64,000 nucleotides of DNA from Lama guanicoe (lineage: Eukaryota), in assembly GCA_013239625.1 (NCBI GenBank), contig MU054001.1:2114151-2178150 (forward strand), given 5' to 3'. The notes below the pieces were generated by a model that was not told the origin of the DNA, did no database searches, and worked only from the letters and a program-made list of their open reading frames with translations. This document shows, piece by piece, positions 1 through 13,305 of the stretch; the stretch's first letter is position 1; each line of letters opens with the position of its first letter. The translations under genes were made by a program, and so were the position numbers.

Positions 1-487
1 CACTCCCCCAGCCTCTCTCAAATTTACCACTTCAAATGTATTATAAATCCATACAAGTTCCTCTTGGCCTTGGAGCATGTTCCAGGCAGACCATCTGAGC
101 TATTTAAATGCCCTCTCTTTATTGTAGTCTTTCAAGAAATGTCTTGATCACATTCCTGTCATAAGATGGGGAAGAGGAGCCAAGTGGAAAGCTAATCTTT
201 AAGACCAATTTGTCACTTTTGGGAAACCCTAGTTGAGGTCGCCAAAGTGAGTTATTAAACAATTATTCAAAGCTAAGTACTGAAATTCCCCAACACTATC
301 CAGGATTTAATTTTTTTCAGTTCAGATTAGAGGAATGCTTCAGATCATTTCTGAGCACTGAGCTCTGATGGATGCTTTTGCTGTTTCTTTGAGCTTTTGT
401 ATTTCTAAAGAATCCTACATCATATCTCATGCTTCCATAGCTAAGACTTTGTCCTTACCTTCACGGAGATAGATTTGGTTTGAAGAG

Positions 488-488
<1 letters not shown>

Positions 489-519
<31 letters not shown>
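489..519. repeat. (TG)n microsatellite
   Basis: About 15 uninterrupted TG units. Confidence 0.97.
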
Positions 520-521
<2 letters not shown>

Positions 522-2654
522 ATACATGCATATGTGTGATTGCATGTAAGTTATATAAAAATTTTTTAATGAAAACAAATCAGCTGTCTATTGCCCACTG
601 GGCTATATACTATTTTGATTGGCTTTACAAGTTGTGTTGCAGTTCTATTTAAAAATGTCAAGAGTCACAGATCATTTTCAGTATTTTGAGTCATGTGTGA
701 AGTGAAAATTACCTTCCCCCAACACCTTCCATGGTTCCCAGCACTTTTCGTTCTCCAAACCTGTTTCTGATGCTATTCTTGCAAATACAGTGTAGCTCAA
801 GCTGCAAAGACATGCCTGCTCAATCTCTTCTCCTTTCTGCCATTCCATGTTATGTGTTGGATTTTGATGTCTCCAAAAGGGTGAGAAGAGGGAAGCTGAT
901 GGAGGAAATGTAGGGGCTGTAGTTTAGAAGCTGTGGGGACAGAAGGAAGGGTGATTGTTTTTCTGTCAGTTGGGTCATAGAGTTGTGCCATAGAAAATAA
1001 AGGAGAGTTAATGTCTTTGGAGCTAATTTCTTCGGAGCTAACTAACCTCTTTGGATTCAGAGACTATGTATGTGTTTCTAAATCAATTTCACTTAATGAA
1101 ACAGCTAGAATCAATTCCCTCTGTCTTTGAGTCTGTGTTCTTCAATCTTTGGTTTACAGTCTTGTAGACACTGTAGGCCTTTTGTGTATCTTTGTGTGCA
1201 TTTTATTGGAAAGTCTAGAGTATGAATATCTATTACCCACCATGCCAACCTGAAAGTCCATGGGAAAGATAGTAAAACCTTTTGGACAGTATGTGGTGCT
1301 CTGTTTCATCTCAGACCCTACTGCAGAGAAAACTGTGCTGGAAATCAGAATTGAAATGAGATAAATACTGCATTTATCTAATTTCATGAGAAACTTTGCA
1401 GACTGAGACAAAGAATACATTTTTTTCCCAACATTGTGTTCAACCTTGTGTTAACAAAAAGGTTGAATTACAGATATATGTAGCTTTTTTCAAATGTCTC
1501 TGATTTTTAAGGACTCTCCTGATTGTTCATTCAGATTTTTTTTTGTATCTTTCTATCTGCAGTGTTCCTCATTAAAAATCAGGATATGGGAAATGATGGG
1601 AGAGTTTAAAAGTTTAAAGTACATTCAGGAGTGCTCAAATATTTCACATACTGAGTCTTTATTTCTCCCTGCCTCGAAAGGTGCCTCTAATTGTGGCCCT
1701 TTGTTCCTGTGTTTTTTGTTCAAGGAATACCCCCCATATGCCAAGCCCTTGAGGCCTGCCCCTGGCTCGCACTAAGAGAGGCTCTCCCATGCTGGCGATC
1801 TGTGGACGCTCTGGGGAGAATGCATGGTATGAAATGATCAATCACAAAACCATTTTGCTGTCATTAAAACCTCTTTGTGAGTGATCACTGTTCTTTCTTC
1901 ACATGAGATAAAAATTAAAGACAAGTTGAATGAAAAATAATTGCTCTCCATTTCCAAAGGGGGAAATGAGGAAAAGAGGAAAGGAAACTTTCTCAAAAAA
2001 AAAAAAAAAAAGCTGAAACTTTCATTGAAAAGCACTTTAAATTTTCCTCAGATATTCCAACATGTTTTCCCACCTGCCCGTCTCCCCCACCTATACCCCA
2101 GGATAGGATTCATTTAAACAAGCAAACATTTTAGAGTGTTCCACTCAAGCCCTTGTTTTCCAGATAACACAGGCTGCTCTGTGTTTCTCCATATGCCTGC
2201 AACATCTGTACTCTGCACAGACCATGTCACGGTGAAATATGGCCGAGGCGGATTCCAGAGTTCTCTCAGCCAAATATGGATACGAGGGCTCATAACCGCA
2301 GTCACTGGCAGACACCCTCACATAACCCCTAGACTCAGGAGGGAGCCTCAAAATAAGAGGGCTTAGGAGGCCATGTTAGCTCTCTAACAATTTAAGAATT
2401 CTGAAACATTGTCTCCTTGAAGCTAGCTAATCAGGCAGCTGGGTTTGAGTCTGTTTTGGAAACAAATGACCAAATACAGTGAAAAAATTTGATGAAGCCT
2501 GATGAAGGGGGGGGGATCTTAAATTTTTATTTTTTCCCTTCAAGTCATGCAGATTTTCTACCACAGGCAAGGATTCGCCTTGAAAGGAACGATCTGGTTG
2601 AGAGATGAGAAAGTTGAAGGAAGGAATGTCTTTCTCTGTCTCAGGTAAGAGACT

Positions 2655-2715
2655 TCTGAACCTCAGTTTCTCCATCTGTAAAGTGACAGGGTTGGACCAT
2701 GTGACCCTCACTTTG
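2655..2715 (+). mobile_element. MIR/MIR3 core fragment
   Basis: CTGAACCTCAGTTTCTCCATCTGTAAAGTG matches the MIR core. Confidence 0.75.
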
Positions 2716-2894
2716 ACCAGTTTGGATGCTAAGTGTGATTTCTCAAGTAATGGTGTGAACTGTCCAAATGCCATATGGTAGGGGGGCCTTCAAATGGAAT
2801 TTAAATCACTAAAAACACATTTTCTATCATTAAAACCTCTGGGTGAATGAACCCTGTTCTTTCTTCACTTGAAATAAGATATTAAAATTTTCTC

Positions 2895-3400
2895 CTTATG
2901 AGTTTCAACAAACATATTGTAATAAGATTGAAAAATAGAAAAATGGGAGTTGGTGAGCACACGTGTATAATTCTACCCCAAGAAGAGTATTGGTGGCATC
3001 TTCGTGTATTTTTCCCAGTACTTTTCTACATATCAGATGCTGTATATGGTTGTAATTACCTTGTCTAGAGCTATTTTGTACCTTGGGTTGTCTCTTAACA
3101 TTATAATGATTTCCCTTATTTGTGCATATCCTTCCTAATTGTCTTTTTTTTTAATTTATTTTTTTAGGGGGAAGGTAATTAGGTTTATTTATTTATTTAT
3201 TTATTTTTAGAAGAGGCACTGGGGATTGAACCCAGAATCTTGTGTATGCTAAGCATGTGCTTTATCATTTGAACTATACCCTCCCCCGACAATCATCTTT
3301 TTAGTAGCTGAGCAGATATATTTAATTATTTCCCTGTTGCTGGGAAATTCATTCCAATTTTTACGCTTACAAATAATATTACAATAAATATCTTCCTTCC
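2895..3400 (-). mobile_element. Old L1ME-type 3' fragment, interrupted by a SINE
   Basis: Degenerate L1M 3' motifs (TTTAATTATTTCCCTGTTGCTGG...TTCCAATTTTT...ACAATAAATATCTT) flank the SINE. Confidence 0.55.
3144..3287 (-). mobile_element. tRNA-Ala-derived SINE (camelid Vic-1-like)
   Basis: Reverse strand reads GGGGGAGGGTATAGTTCAAATGATAAAGCACATGCTTAGCATACACAAGATTCTGGGTTCAATCCCCAGTGCCTC, then (AAAT)n-AAACCTAATTACC and an A-rich tail; degenerate TSD. Confidence 0.92.
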
Positions 3401-5399
3401 TATGAACTCTGGTTTTCCTCCAAGTCAATCTCACTTCAAAGAAAAAAAAAATGAAACTGTTTGGTTGTCCCCTAATGCAGAACTCTGGCTGATCCCATGT
3501 TATACAAACTCTGTTTTATCTTTGTGTTTACAGTTACTCACGATGATGTTTGTCAAATGCTTATGGATTTGTTTGTGCAATCAACCCCAAATTAGATCTG
3601 CTGGTCCCTTGAAAAAGCTAACTGGGCTCAGTTGGATAGGAAAGGCTTGTAGTAGAATCATGTTTGAAAAGACTAACATAGAATATGCTGTGGGCCTCAT
3701 GCTGTAGGGAGGATGTATGTCACCAGCTTCTTCTCATTACCACTCTTCTCAGTGGCAATCTGATTGTCACCCCCTAGGATCTGGGTCCCCAACTTGTGGC
3801 AGAGGAGATAACAAATGACCAGTCCAACGTCAATATCATTCCTGCTTCTCTCCAGCCGGCAACAGTTCCTTGCCATTAGTACAACCACTGAAGAGTGTTA
3901 AATCTCTTAGTGCTGTGAAAATTGGTATTAAAAGAAGTACTTTAAAAAAGAAATGGGAGCTTAAGAGCTATAATAAAAGAATAACCCTTAAAGCAAGTCA
4001 ATTGGAAAGCATAATGAAGTTGATAGTGGTCTTTTTAGTTTAGTCATGAATTTGTTAGAGAAAAAAAATGACTTTTCTGAAAACCACCATCTGTGCCCTA
4101 AGTAGATCCATTAACACTGCTAAAGACACTGAGAAGGTTACGCTCGCTGCCACGGCTGTTCACCCCCACTGCATTTTAATTTTACTGCATTCCCTGTTCA
4201 GGTTTTTCCAAGTCTCGTCCACTTGGCCATGCCAGAAGGCTCTTGTTACTCCCTAATGGATTGTGATCTTCAGGGTGAACTTTGCCTCTTGAAACAAGAG
4301 TCCCCTGTGTTACTCAGACCTCTAAGTGTTGACAGGCCTGGCGAGGGACTGGAGGCTTTAATTCCATTTGCTTAACACGGCTGGATGTCAAATTCTGTTA
4401 AACTGGCATCTAAGGGACAGGGCAGAGTTTTTGGATGGAGTTATGCTTTGGTATGTCAAGTTCAGGTTTACGCTCTTTAGCTATAGAAATGGTCTGAAAC
4501 TCTCATACAAAAAAAAATCTTGTTTTGAACATATTAGAACCTTTAAATAATTTTCCTGAAGTTATTCTTTTTTGAAATGAAAATAGTCATCCTTCTATTG
4601 ACCTATTTTGTGCAACATTTTCAGAATTAAAACCTATGTTAAACTTCTATGTAATTTACAAAAGATATACCCATCTTCTTTTCATGTTTGGAATTCTTAA
4701 GGTTATAGTCTACATACCAGTACTAGCCTGTGTGTTGTCTCTCATTCAATCAACAAATACATACTAAGCATTTACTAGACACTTGGCACCTGCTAGGTGT
4801 TGGGTACAAGATTCTGACCCTGCTGGAAATATTCTTTAGGGATTTCATGTAACTTATCAAGTAAATTTCAAGCATCTTAAGGGTAGAGATGATGTCCTGA
4901 TTGCCCTTTATAGGCCCTGGAGAAAGTAAAATCTATGCAAGAAGTACTTAGCGGATGCTAACTGAAAGAATGAAAAAATAATGAAATCAGATTAAACTTA
5001 TATTGCTCAACAAAATTGGCTTATCACATGAGATTTGGAATTCTTTTTATGAAGGCTATTGAAATGGTATATAATGTTTCGTTTTTCCCTTTGCTTAAAG
5101 CCCCTTTGGTCCAATGGTTGAGGCCAGTGTTAGTGGGTGGCAGAGTACAGACTGTTTAGAAAGTGCTTGAGATGTGGGGAAAACTATTTCTGTGAAGATA
5201 GAAAAGAATCTTAGCAGCTTCTAGTTCCACCTCTTGTATAGATGTGGAAAATGAAGCTTAGTGAGCTTGAGATTCTTGCTCAAACTTGCCCAATATCGTA
5301 GTTGCAGTAGCAGTGCTGGACGTGAGACCCTGGTTTTGGAATTCTTAATTCTTTCTGCCATCTTACTTTTATTTAACACTGGTAATACTGCTTATTCCT

Positions 5400-5832
5400 T
5401 GGTTGGGTTTTTAAGTTATAAGCAAGAGAACCTGGTTTTGACCAATTTAAGAGAAGAAGGAACTTGGAAAATAGTGAGTGAGTCACAAAACTAAAGGAAG
5501 ACTTTAAGAACTAGACCCCCGACTGAGTTCTCCTTGCCTTTGGAGAACGGGAACTAAAGGCTGTCCCTTCCAGGAGCTGCCATCCGAATGAATCAGCACT
5601 AAGAGTTTTCAGTCTCTGTGTTACTACATTCAAGATTCACATTCCAGGGAGAGACCTCTGACTGGTCAAACTTGGGTCATCGGTCCACTCCTTAGGCAGG
5701 AGAGGGTGGGACGCTCTGATTGACAGACCCAGTAAGTCTGTATCCATTGGGGTTCCAAATCAAAACCAGGTGCTATTATCAGAGGAGGGGAAAATGGATA
5801 CAGGGTTAGTCAAAACCTACAGAGTGCACACA
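5400..5832 (-). mobile_element. Old MaLR LTR (MLT1K/L-like)
   Basis: Motifs GGTTTTTAAGTTATAAGCAAGAGAA, TCTGACTGGTCAAACTTGGGTCA and CCAGGTGCTATTATCAGAGGAGGGG resemble old MLT1. Confidence 0.6.
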
Positions 5833-8394
5833 AATGACTGTATGTGCTCGCGAAGGTGAGTCTCATAAGTATGCAGACATTGCCTTCTCCAAATATTTCC
5901 CGCTCTGTTCATGCCTGTAATACCGTCTCTGAGCCTTGTACCTCCAGCACACTCTACAGGGAAGATGAACATCTCTAAAGGGAGATCCCTTGTCACTCCT
6001 CTGTGCTACCTAAACATTTCTCCTTCCTTTCAAATTTCTTCCTCTTCCAAGACTATAACCCTTCACATAAACTCTAGGTCCTATTATCACCCAACTCCTT
6101 TGGGGACCTTGGGACAAAAAAATTCTTTCTCTGCCTGCTCTGCACCCCTGAGACCCTGTGGTTTAGGTGGTATTCCATCCTTACCTCCAGGGGCAGAGCA
6201 TGAGCCTCTCAGCTCTCTTGAATTTCAGCACACATGTCCAGTATTGACCTAAGGATTTCTCTCTGAAAGGAGGGAAAATCCAGAGATAATGGAAACCCAT
6301 GGGAGAAGCCAAAGGATAGATGTGTGATGAGCAGATAGGAGAACCAAATAAGGGGGAACTGAAATTGCAAACTATGAAGGGAATGTAGGACGATGTTATG
6401 TATCATGGAGAAAATCGTGTGGGACTAATTTTGGAGCCTTTTGAAGAATCCTTACCAGATTGGTTTGGGCTTATTAAATGTGGTGACTTTTGCCCTATGG
6501 TGGGTAATGGTGCCCCTCAGGATCTGATGCTTCCATATCTAGATGACCCATCGTAAACTCAGCATGCCTAAATGTCATCTTCCCTAATTGCCCCATGCTT
6601 GTATCAAAGCTTCTTCTCATTCAGTTTCTCCTTATTGCTTGTCCAGAGATAACCAATGGATCTTCCTATTTTAGGAAAGCCCAGCAAGGCCACAAAGGAA
6701 ATAAGGTAGAGTAATTAAAAGAATTGACCATGGTCAACTCATGGGACTTTTATTCTGTCTTAAATGTCTAGTCTTGAGTCTCTTGACACAAGTTCCTCCA
6801 TCCTGACTCACACCTCAGATGAACTGCTTCTGCTTGTGCCTTGTGACTTAGCTGCTGGGAGCTTGTAACCCTTTATTTCCCTTAGTCCTGATTTGGTGTG
6901 TCCACATAATCATAATCTCCACTTCTTAAAGGAAAATTGGAATGAAACATCTACTCAGCACTCGTATCTCTGGCTTCTTCCTAGAAAAACTGGAATTTAC
7001 CAGAGACGACACTTTTAGTGGAACCACCATCATTCTGGTCACTATGATTAAACATTTATTGATCAAAGCGTGTTTGGTTGTAAGCAACAGAGATCCACTA
7101 AATTAGCTAAGTAACTGGTTTAATGTAAAGATGCATGGAATTCTCAAGGACAGTAGCTGGGTTTCTTGGGAACTGCTAAGTTTTTAGGTGGCTTTCCTTC
7201 TGTCTGCTTTTTTTTTTCCTGGTCGCGTGCTCTTCTGTTGCTGAGGACTGTCTGCTTCATTCATCTCTTCATACTTTTCCATGCTTGTGAGTGTCTGGGG
7301 CAGTTATGGCTCGGAGACTCAGCCCCCATTCTGTCTGAGTTTTACTTCTCCAACTTGACGTCTCTCCTTCAAGTGTCAAGTGAGACAACTAATGCTATCT
7401 GATGTCCACCCCTGGAATAATTTGCTGCCACCAGAGGTCCAGGTTGTCTGTGGTCACGTAGGCACCCCCCTTCTGCAGAGACCAGTTGGAGGATGTCTAA
7501 GGACAGGGTTACTGTCAGGTGTGCACTAAACATGTCTACTCAGATCCTCCCTCATCAGGGTGTCCCTCTTCCTTCATCTCATCTCTTGCCTCTGATTACT
7601 AAGTACTGCGCTCTGGTCTGAATGAATGATTTTGACTCTGGCATACGAGGCTTTAAGTGGATGCCTCCATTAGTCCAAATGTCCAAACCTGGCCTTGCAG
7701 AGATGGAAAACTCGGCATCTCCAAGCCAATGGGAAGGGACTCTCAGGAAGTCTGTGCCTCGGTGAGAAATAGTATTGGAAACCAATGAAGATCCTTTGCT
7801 GAAACCCGACAGCGAGATACTTAACATAGTTACTAGCTGTGCTAACTGATTTAATGAGCAGGGAACATAACGAATGAGCATGTTTACCAAGTTAACTTGT
7901 GAAAATGAATATCTGTAATTAAAGCAGCTCACAACTGACAGGCAAACAGGAAATTATTGTTATTATTATACACAAATCATCTTAAAATACCAGAACTTAA
8001 TAAATGGGGGAAAAAAACAAACAATGGCTAAAACTGTCTGCTAAATAAAAAATAATGACGAACACCTGTGGTCTTTTTATAGGACTCCAGTGGAGACTTT
8101 TTTTTTGAAGACCTAATTATGTTTTTGTAATGCTACCATTTCATTATTTCTCTGTAGCATTATTAAAAGAAAATGTCCATATTTTCTCTGTGTAAAAGGT
8201 CTGAAACAGAGATTCAAGCTTTTTTTATTTTAAATGCTACAGACACTCTGATAGTTCTAACTACTTATTGGCAAAGCACATAGGCCTTGGCAAGACTGGA
8301 CTTTTCCCTTTGGTAATATTAGAGTCTGGCCAGGGGATAAAGTTGATGTAGACCTCTTCAGACAGAGTCTGCTGGTGAGTAACTGAGAAACAGT

Positions 8395-8625
8395 GTTGCT
8401 GAGAGGGTACAAGACCCAGCTCTGCCTTTAGCCTCCCTGGTCTTGAATCCCAGCTTTGGTCTTTCCTAGCTGTGTGTCCTCCACTAAAGTTACTAAACCA
8501 CTCTGTGCCTCAGTTTTCCCACTTGTAAAATGGGGAGAATGATTATACATATCTCATAAGATTGTTGTTTAAACTAATACACCAAAAGAGCCTCGTAAGT
8601 GCTGATAAATATTAGCCACTATTAT
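8395..8625 (+). mobile_element. MIR
   Basis: TTGAATCCCAGCT...CTCTGTGCCTCAGTTTTCCCACTTGTAAAATGGGGAGAATGAT...TAAGTGCTGATAAATATTAGC. Confidence 0.88.
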
Positions 8626-8854
8626 TACCTGCAAGTTACCATTCTCTGTGTGTCTTCCTTAACCAAAAGGTTCTAAGAATGCAGCACTGGGATGGCCCAG
8701 CCATGTAGACAGGGAGTAGCAGCCACATGAGTGCTCTATACAGAGTTGAAAGTTTATTGTCTTCATAGCACTGAACACCATTTGAAAGTATCTTGCTTGC
8801 CTCTTGTCTGCCTCCTCTCACTTGAATGTAAGCTCAGTGGTGGGAGAACCTTCT

Positions 8855-8965
8855 GAGGCTGACTTTGCACAACTTCAGGAGATGCTGCTCATATTGTCCT
8901 TTCATATTTCTGTTCTGCAGGACTGCCATCCATATTAAATGGAGTTGTGCAACACGGATGTCCCA
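8855..8965. mobile_element. MER91-like hAT MITE
   Basis: Inverted TGCACAACT / AGTTGTGCA motifs near the ends. Confidence 0.5.
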
Positions 8966-9314
8966 GTGGGACCTCTAAATTGACCTCACCTCCTTCCCAT
9001 ACCTTCTCTCTACCATGATTCTTCTCTATGTTGGTGCCAGCTCTGTGTGCCCCATCACCCCAAGTGGGAACCTTGGAGACCTGGTGGTTTTATATGAATA
9101 AGAATCTCAACTTCCCTATTCTGCTTTGGTTCCCTGTCTCCCTCTCTCCATGTAGAGGACAGAGTGCTCTAGTCAACATATATCAGGTCACATCAATTTC
9201 CTGCTTGATGTACTCCATAGCTTCCCAGTGCACACACCATACCATTCAAGCTCTTCAGCATGGCCTAACGGGCCTCACCTTATGCCACACTCTCTTGATC
9301 ATTCAGGTACCCTA

Positions 9315-9460
9315 GCTTCAAAAGTGGTCCCTGCACTATGAGCATCACCGGGAACTTGTTAGAGCTGCAATATCTAGGCCCACACCAGACCTACTGAATG
9401 AGAAACTCTAGGGGTGAGGCCCACCAATCTGTGTTGTAATAAGACTCCTAGGTGATTCTG
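9315..9460. mobile_element. MER5A (hAT-Charlie)
   Basis: GCATCACCGGGAACTTGTTAGAGCTGCA...CCAGACCTACTGAATGAGAAACTCTAGGGGTGAGGCCCA...AGGTGATTCTG. Confidence 0.88.
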
Positions 9461-9461
9461 T

Positions 9462-9871
9462 TACCATACTGGCTTCTTTGTGTTCCTGAGACATGGGAGC
9501 CATCCATCTGCCTGAATGCTATTTCCCAGATTTCCACATGATTTGTGGGACCAGCTCTGCTTCATTATTCATATCTGTTCCAAAGCCATTTCTTCAGAAA
9601 GGCCATTCCCACCCACCTGTCTAAGGTAACTGTGCTTCCCCTTTGCTCCCACCATTGCTCTCATTACTCTACCACATGTCTGGGTTTTATTCACAACACT
9701 GAACACAGTTTGAAATTAGTTTTCTCGCCCATTTGTCTGCATCCTCCCATCAGAATGTTAGCTCCGTGTAGATGGGTGTCTTCACTGGCTATGCTTACTG
9801 CTATGCCCACAGAGCTCAGAAGAGGGCCTGGCACACAGTAGGTGCTCAATAAGAAGATGTTGAGTGAATGG
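9462..9871 (+). mobile_element. L2 3' end
   Basis: Ends with GCCTGGCACACAGTAGGTGCTCAATAAG...GTTGAGTGAATG, the L2 terminus. Confidence 0.82.
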
Positions 9872-10614
9872 CTATATGATCGTTTTACTAGGTGTATGCG
9901 ATGGATGGAGTTATTGACCACAAATCTTCACCTGTTCCTGATTCTCCATCCTTCGCCATTTGACTCTATAGCTCTTTCTATCAGAGAGAGCTCACTTCTT
10001 TGGAGAATCTCCAAGCAGTACTTATGTGGAGTAGATTCGGACTCAACATGCAGTTTGGAGCTGAGCCCAACCTAGATCAGCCAACCCCCAGCCAACCCCT
10101 AGAGTTTTGAGGATGAAAAAAATTATTGTTGGAAGTTATATAGTTTTGGGGTGCACATTAATGCATTATTTCCTCAACAGCTAATACTGTCTGTATATTC
10201 TGTATGTGTTGGGTACCATTAGAATCCAGAAGAAGTGGTAATCAATCTTGTTTTCAGAACAAGAGTAAGAAAGATTTGAAAGGAAGTAATTACTGAGTGA
10301 GTCTTTTTGAAAACGAAATAAAAGATTACCTAGTAGGTAAGCTGAGGGGGGAGAATACTTGAGGAAAAGGAATTATATAAGCAGAGGTCTTCATCAAAGT
10401 GCAAGAAACATCTGGGAAAGGTCAAATAGCTCATTAGGCAGAAAGTATGTGGGAGAGTAACTTGAAGTAGTATTAAAAAGTGGTAATTACACCTCACATT
10501 TGGAAAGAACACTTCAGTGAACATTTTTGCAAGCCTTCTCTTATTTAGTGCTCATGATATCTCTGAGGCAGTGCTGTGTAGAGGCTTAGAGAACCTTGGT
10601 TAGAATCCTACCAT

Positions 10615-10745
10615 TGTGGCCTTGGGAAAGTTATTTTTTGAATATCTCTCAGCCTCAACATTCTCATCCATAAAATGGTGTTAACTCTCAGGATTAAAAG
10701 AGATGAAGTATGTATGGTGCCCAGTGTACAATGGGTACTCAAAGT
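10615..10745 (+). mobile_element. MIR fragment
   Basis: TGTGGCCTTGGGAAAGTTA...CTCTCAGCCTCAACATTCTCATCCATAAAATGG. Confidence 0.7.
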
Positions 10746-13114
10746 CTTCCCTCCCCTTACCCATCCCATGTTAAATCTGAAAAAGCTGATGATCCAGTCA
10801 AGCAACTTGCCCATATGTCCCACTGTTAAGCAGTAGCAGGTTTGGGGCCATAATTCCAATTCTAGGACCCTCTCCTTGATGGCACAGCTTCATTTGGCAA
10901 TGCTGAGACATGAGCCCAACCTTGGGGAGCTCACACTTTCCAGTTCTCTGCTTGGAATGCTTTTCTTAAGCTCATCCCCTGTTACCAAGAAAATAAATAG
11001 GGCAAGAGACAATGATTACAATCTGGACTCATCTTTTTGTTTACTTATTATGTTTCCCTCCAACGGAATGTAAAGACAAGCCCCTCGCCTGCCATATCCC
11101 TCTGACATGTGATAGGTGCTCCAGAAGTCCTTGTAGACTGAAAATATTCAGGGACAGGGCCAAGGACAGGTAGTGGGGGACCCTGACAAGAAAGCAGGGG
11201 TGAGACAAAGGGTGTGAAGGGCTCTGAGGACCAGGCAGCCATGGTGGATTTTTATGGGTTGCCTGTGGCTGTGGGTGGAGCTGGGTCAGGGTGATCAGAC
11301 ATAGTCAGGAAGAGGATTCTAGTGTGGCTTGCCTGGTGTGGGCATCACCCCAAGTGCAGTCCTCTTTTGCACCCCTGCCCAACTTAAGTCAAATTCTGCC
11401 CTTCCCGTTTTATTCTTTCCATCTTGTTCTTGGATTTATACAAGATTGAAACAGAATTGCAGCAGAGGATGCAAAGTTCAAAGAGTAGAAAAATTAGGCA
11501 ATACATTTAGGAAGACACACATTTAAAAACTAAAAGAAAAAAATAAAAGAAAAATCTTGGACCTCTAGAGGTATCTGGGAGCTGGGATGGAGAAGAAGCC
11601 CACAGGTAAGACCCAACAGTGGTGGTATACACAAAGTAGTGGGCTGACAGATCTTCGTCTTGTTGTATTCATACAAAAATAATATGTGTAATTTATATTA
11701 GATAATACATAATAGATTAATAGAAGTACCCTGGACTGAGAGGCAAGTGGATTGATTATTTCTTTAATTTTAAATTGAAATTGATTATAAAATATGTCAT
11801 CTATTTAATAAAAACTTCTTGGCAAAGAGGGGGAAGAAATGCTGTTTAGAATCAAGCAATTAGTTGCAATGAATCTCTTTGTAGATATTAAACTCTCAAT
11901 GTTTGGGAACGTGATATGAACCTACGTGCAATTTTTGTGGGGAGCCGACTTGGGATAGCTTTTGGGACAGATGATTCTGTGGGCGTGCTTTATTTCACAA
12001 CTTGTCCTTTGTCCTGGAAAGTGGATATAAATTGGGAGAAAAAAAGAGTTATAGACAATCCAAAGTGTTCTTTTAGTTTTAAGGTGAGATTAAGGGCAAG
12101 AAAGTTGGTCACCCTTGTGATGATTTTTTTCTTTTTCTTTTTCTATTTTTAAAAGAGGAGCCATGCTTCTGAACCTCATTCCTCGTATGACTCCTTTTAC
12201 TTCTGGGTCTGATCCTGGAGCTGAGCTCAATGATACATAATGCTTCTCTAAGAGATAAATGTTAGAAAATAGGGGTCTAGGATTTAAAAACTTGATTCAG
12301 GCTGTTGAAGCGGTTGTTCAAAAATAGTTTTGTGTTTTACTCAAATGGCCTTTGGGAAGCTCACTCCTTATTAATTTCTGTCACAACCCTTAAGGCAAAG
12401 AATAAAAAGGTCCATGTGCTATTAAGAGCCCTAGGTACCTCTTGAGCCATGATCCCTGAAGAGAAGGGTTAACTAGAAACCATTTCTTCATGTTCTGTGA
12501 GTCCTTTGGGCTTTGGTCACACTGCACAAAGAAGCAATTGAAGCTGGGTTGAATAAATGGCAAGAAGCCATCAAGAAGTGGCAGCAGACAGTCCACTGAG
12601 TAGCCAGCCTTGCTTGGTGCCTTTCAAGCAACTCTTAGTCTTTAAATTAAAGGAGAAATGGAAGACATGGTCATAAATATAAGACAAAAGTCAATGACAA
12701 TGCAATGAAAATCTTACCACTGTGCTCACAGAAAGAGCCCCCCTGGTGTCTGAGTTAAATAAAATAAGGCAGTAGTGGACATCCTGGGTCAGATGCTAAA
12801 GTGTGAAAATTCTTCTAAGAACACAGACCGTGCAGCGTAGGCAGGAAATCCACATTGCGCATGGAACACAGAGTATTAGAAAGGGAAGAGGAGACTTTAT
12901 TGGCTTTGAGCCTAAAAGGAAGGTTAGGGCATTTTGGGTGAAGGAATTTTGAAGCCAGGGCTGTCAAGTGGCCACCTTTGCACTTATGGGAGCTGATGAA
13001 AGGGGGTACTCTTTGACCTCGAACAGTTACAAAAGACTGTTCTAGAATTTTTGAGTCAGCCCAAGAAGAAAGTTGCCGGGAAGGAAAAGTCAAGTGTTCT
13101 TAGGAGACAGCCAC

Positions 13115-13305
13115 CAGCGTGGTGGTTAAAACCAAGGGCTTTGAAGTTAGACATAAGTTCAAATCTCTGCTCTGAAATTTAGTATCTGTGTAAAGTTGGG
13201 GAAGCCATGTAGATCACATAAACCACAGTCTCCTCTTTCTACAGTGGGGTTCGCAGTCCTTACCTGATAAGAGTTGCTGGTCAGATTAAATAAGATAATA
13301 AACAG
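13115..13305 (+). mobile_element. MIR
   Basis: GCGTGGTGGTTAAAA...GGCTTTGAAGTTAGAC...GTTCAAATCTCTGCTCTG...AGATTAAATAAGATAAT. Confidence 0.75.

Noticed and set aside
7423..7441. CTCF-like motif CCACCAGAGGTCC (similar partial matches near 28801 and 34750)
   Set aside because: The GGC core is mismatched; cannot be supported without PWM scoring or ChIP data.
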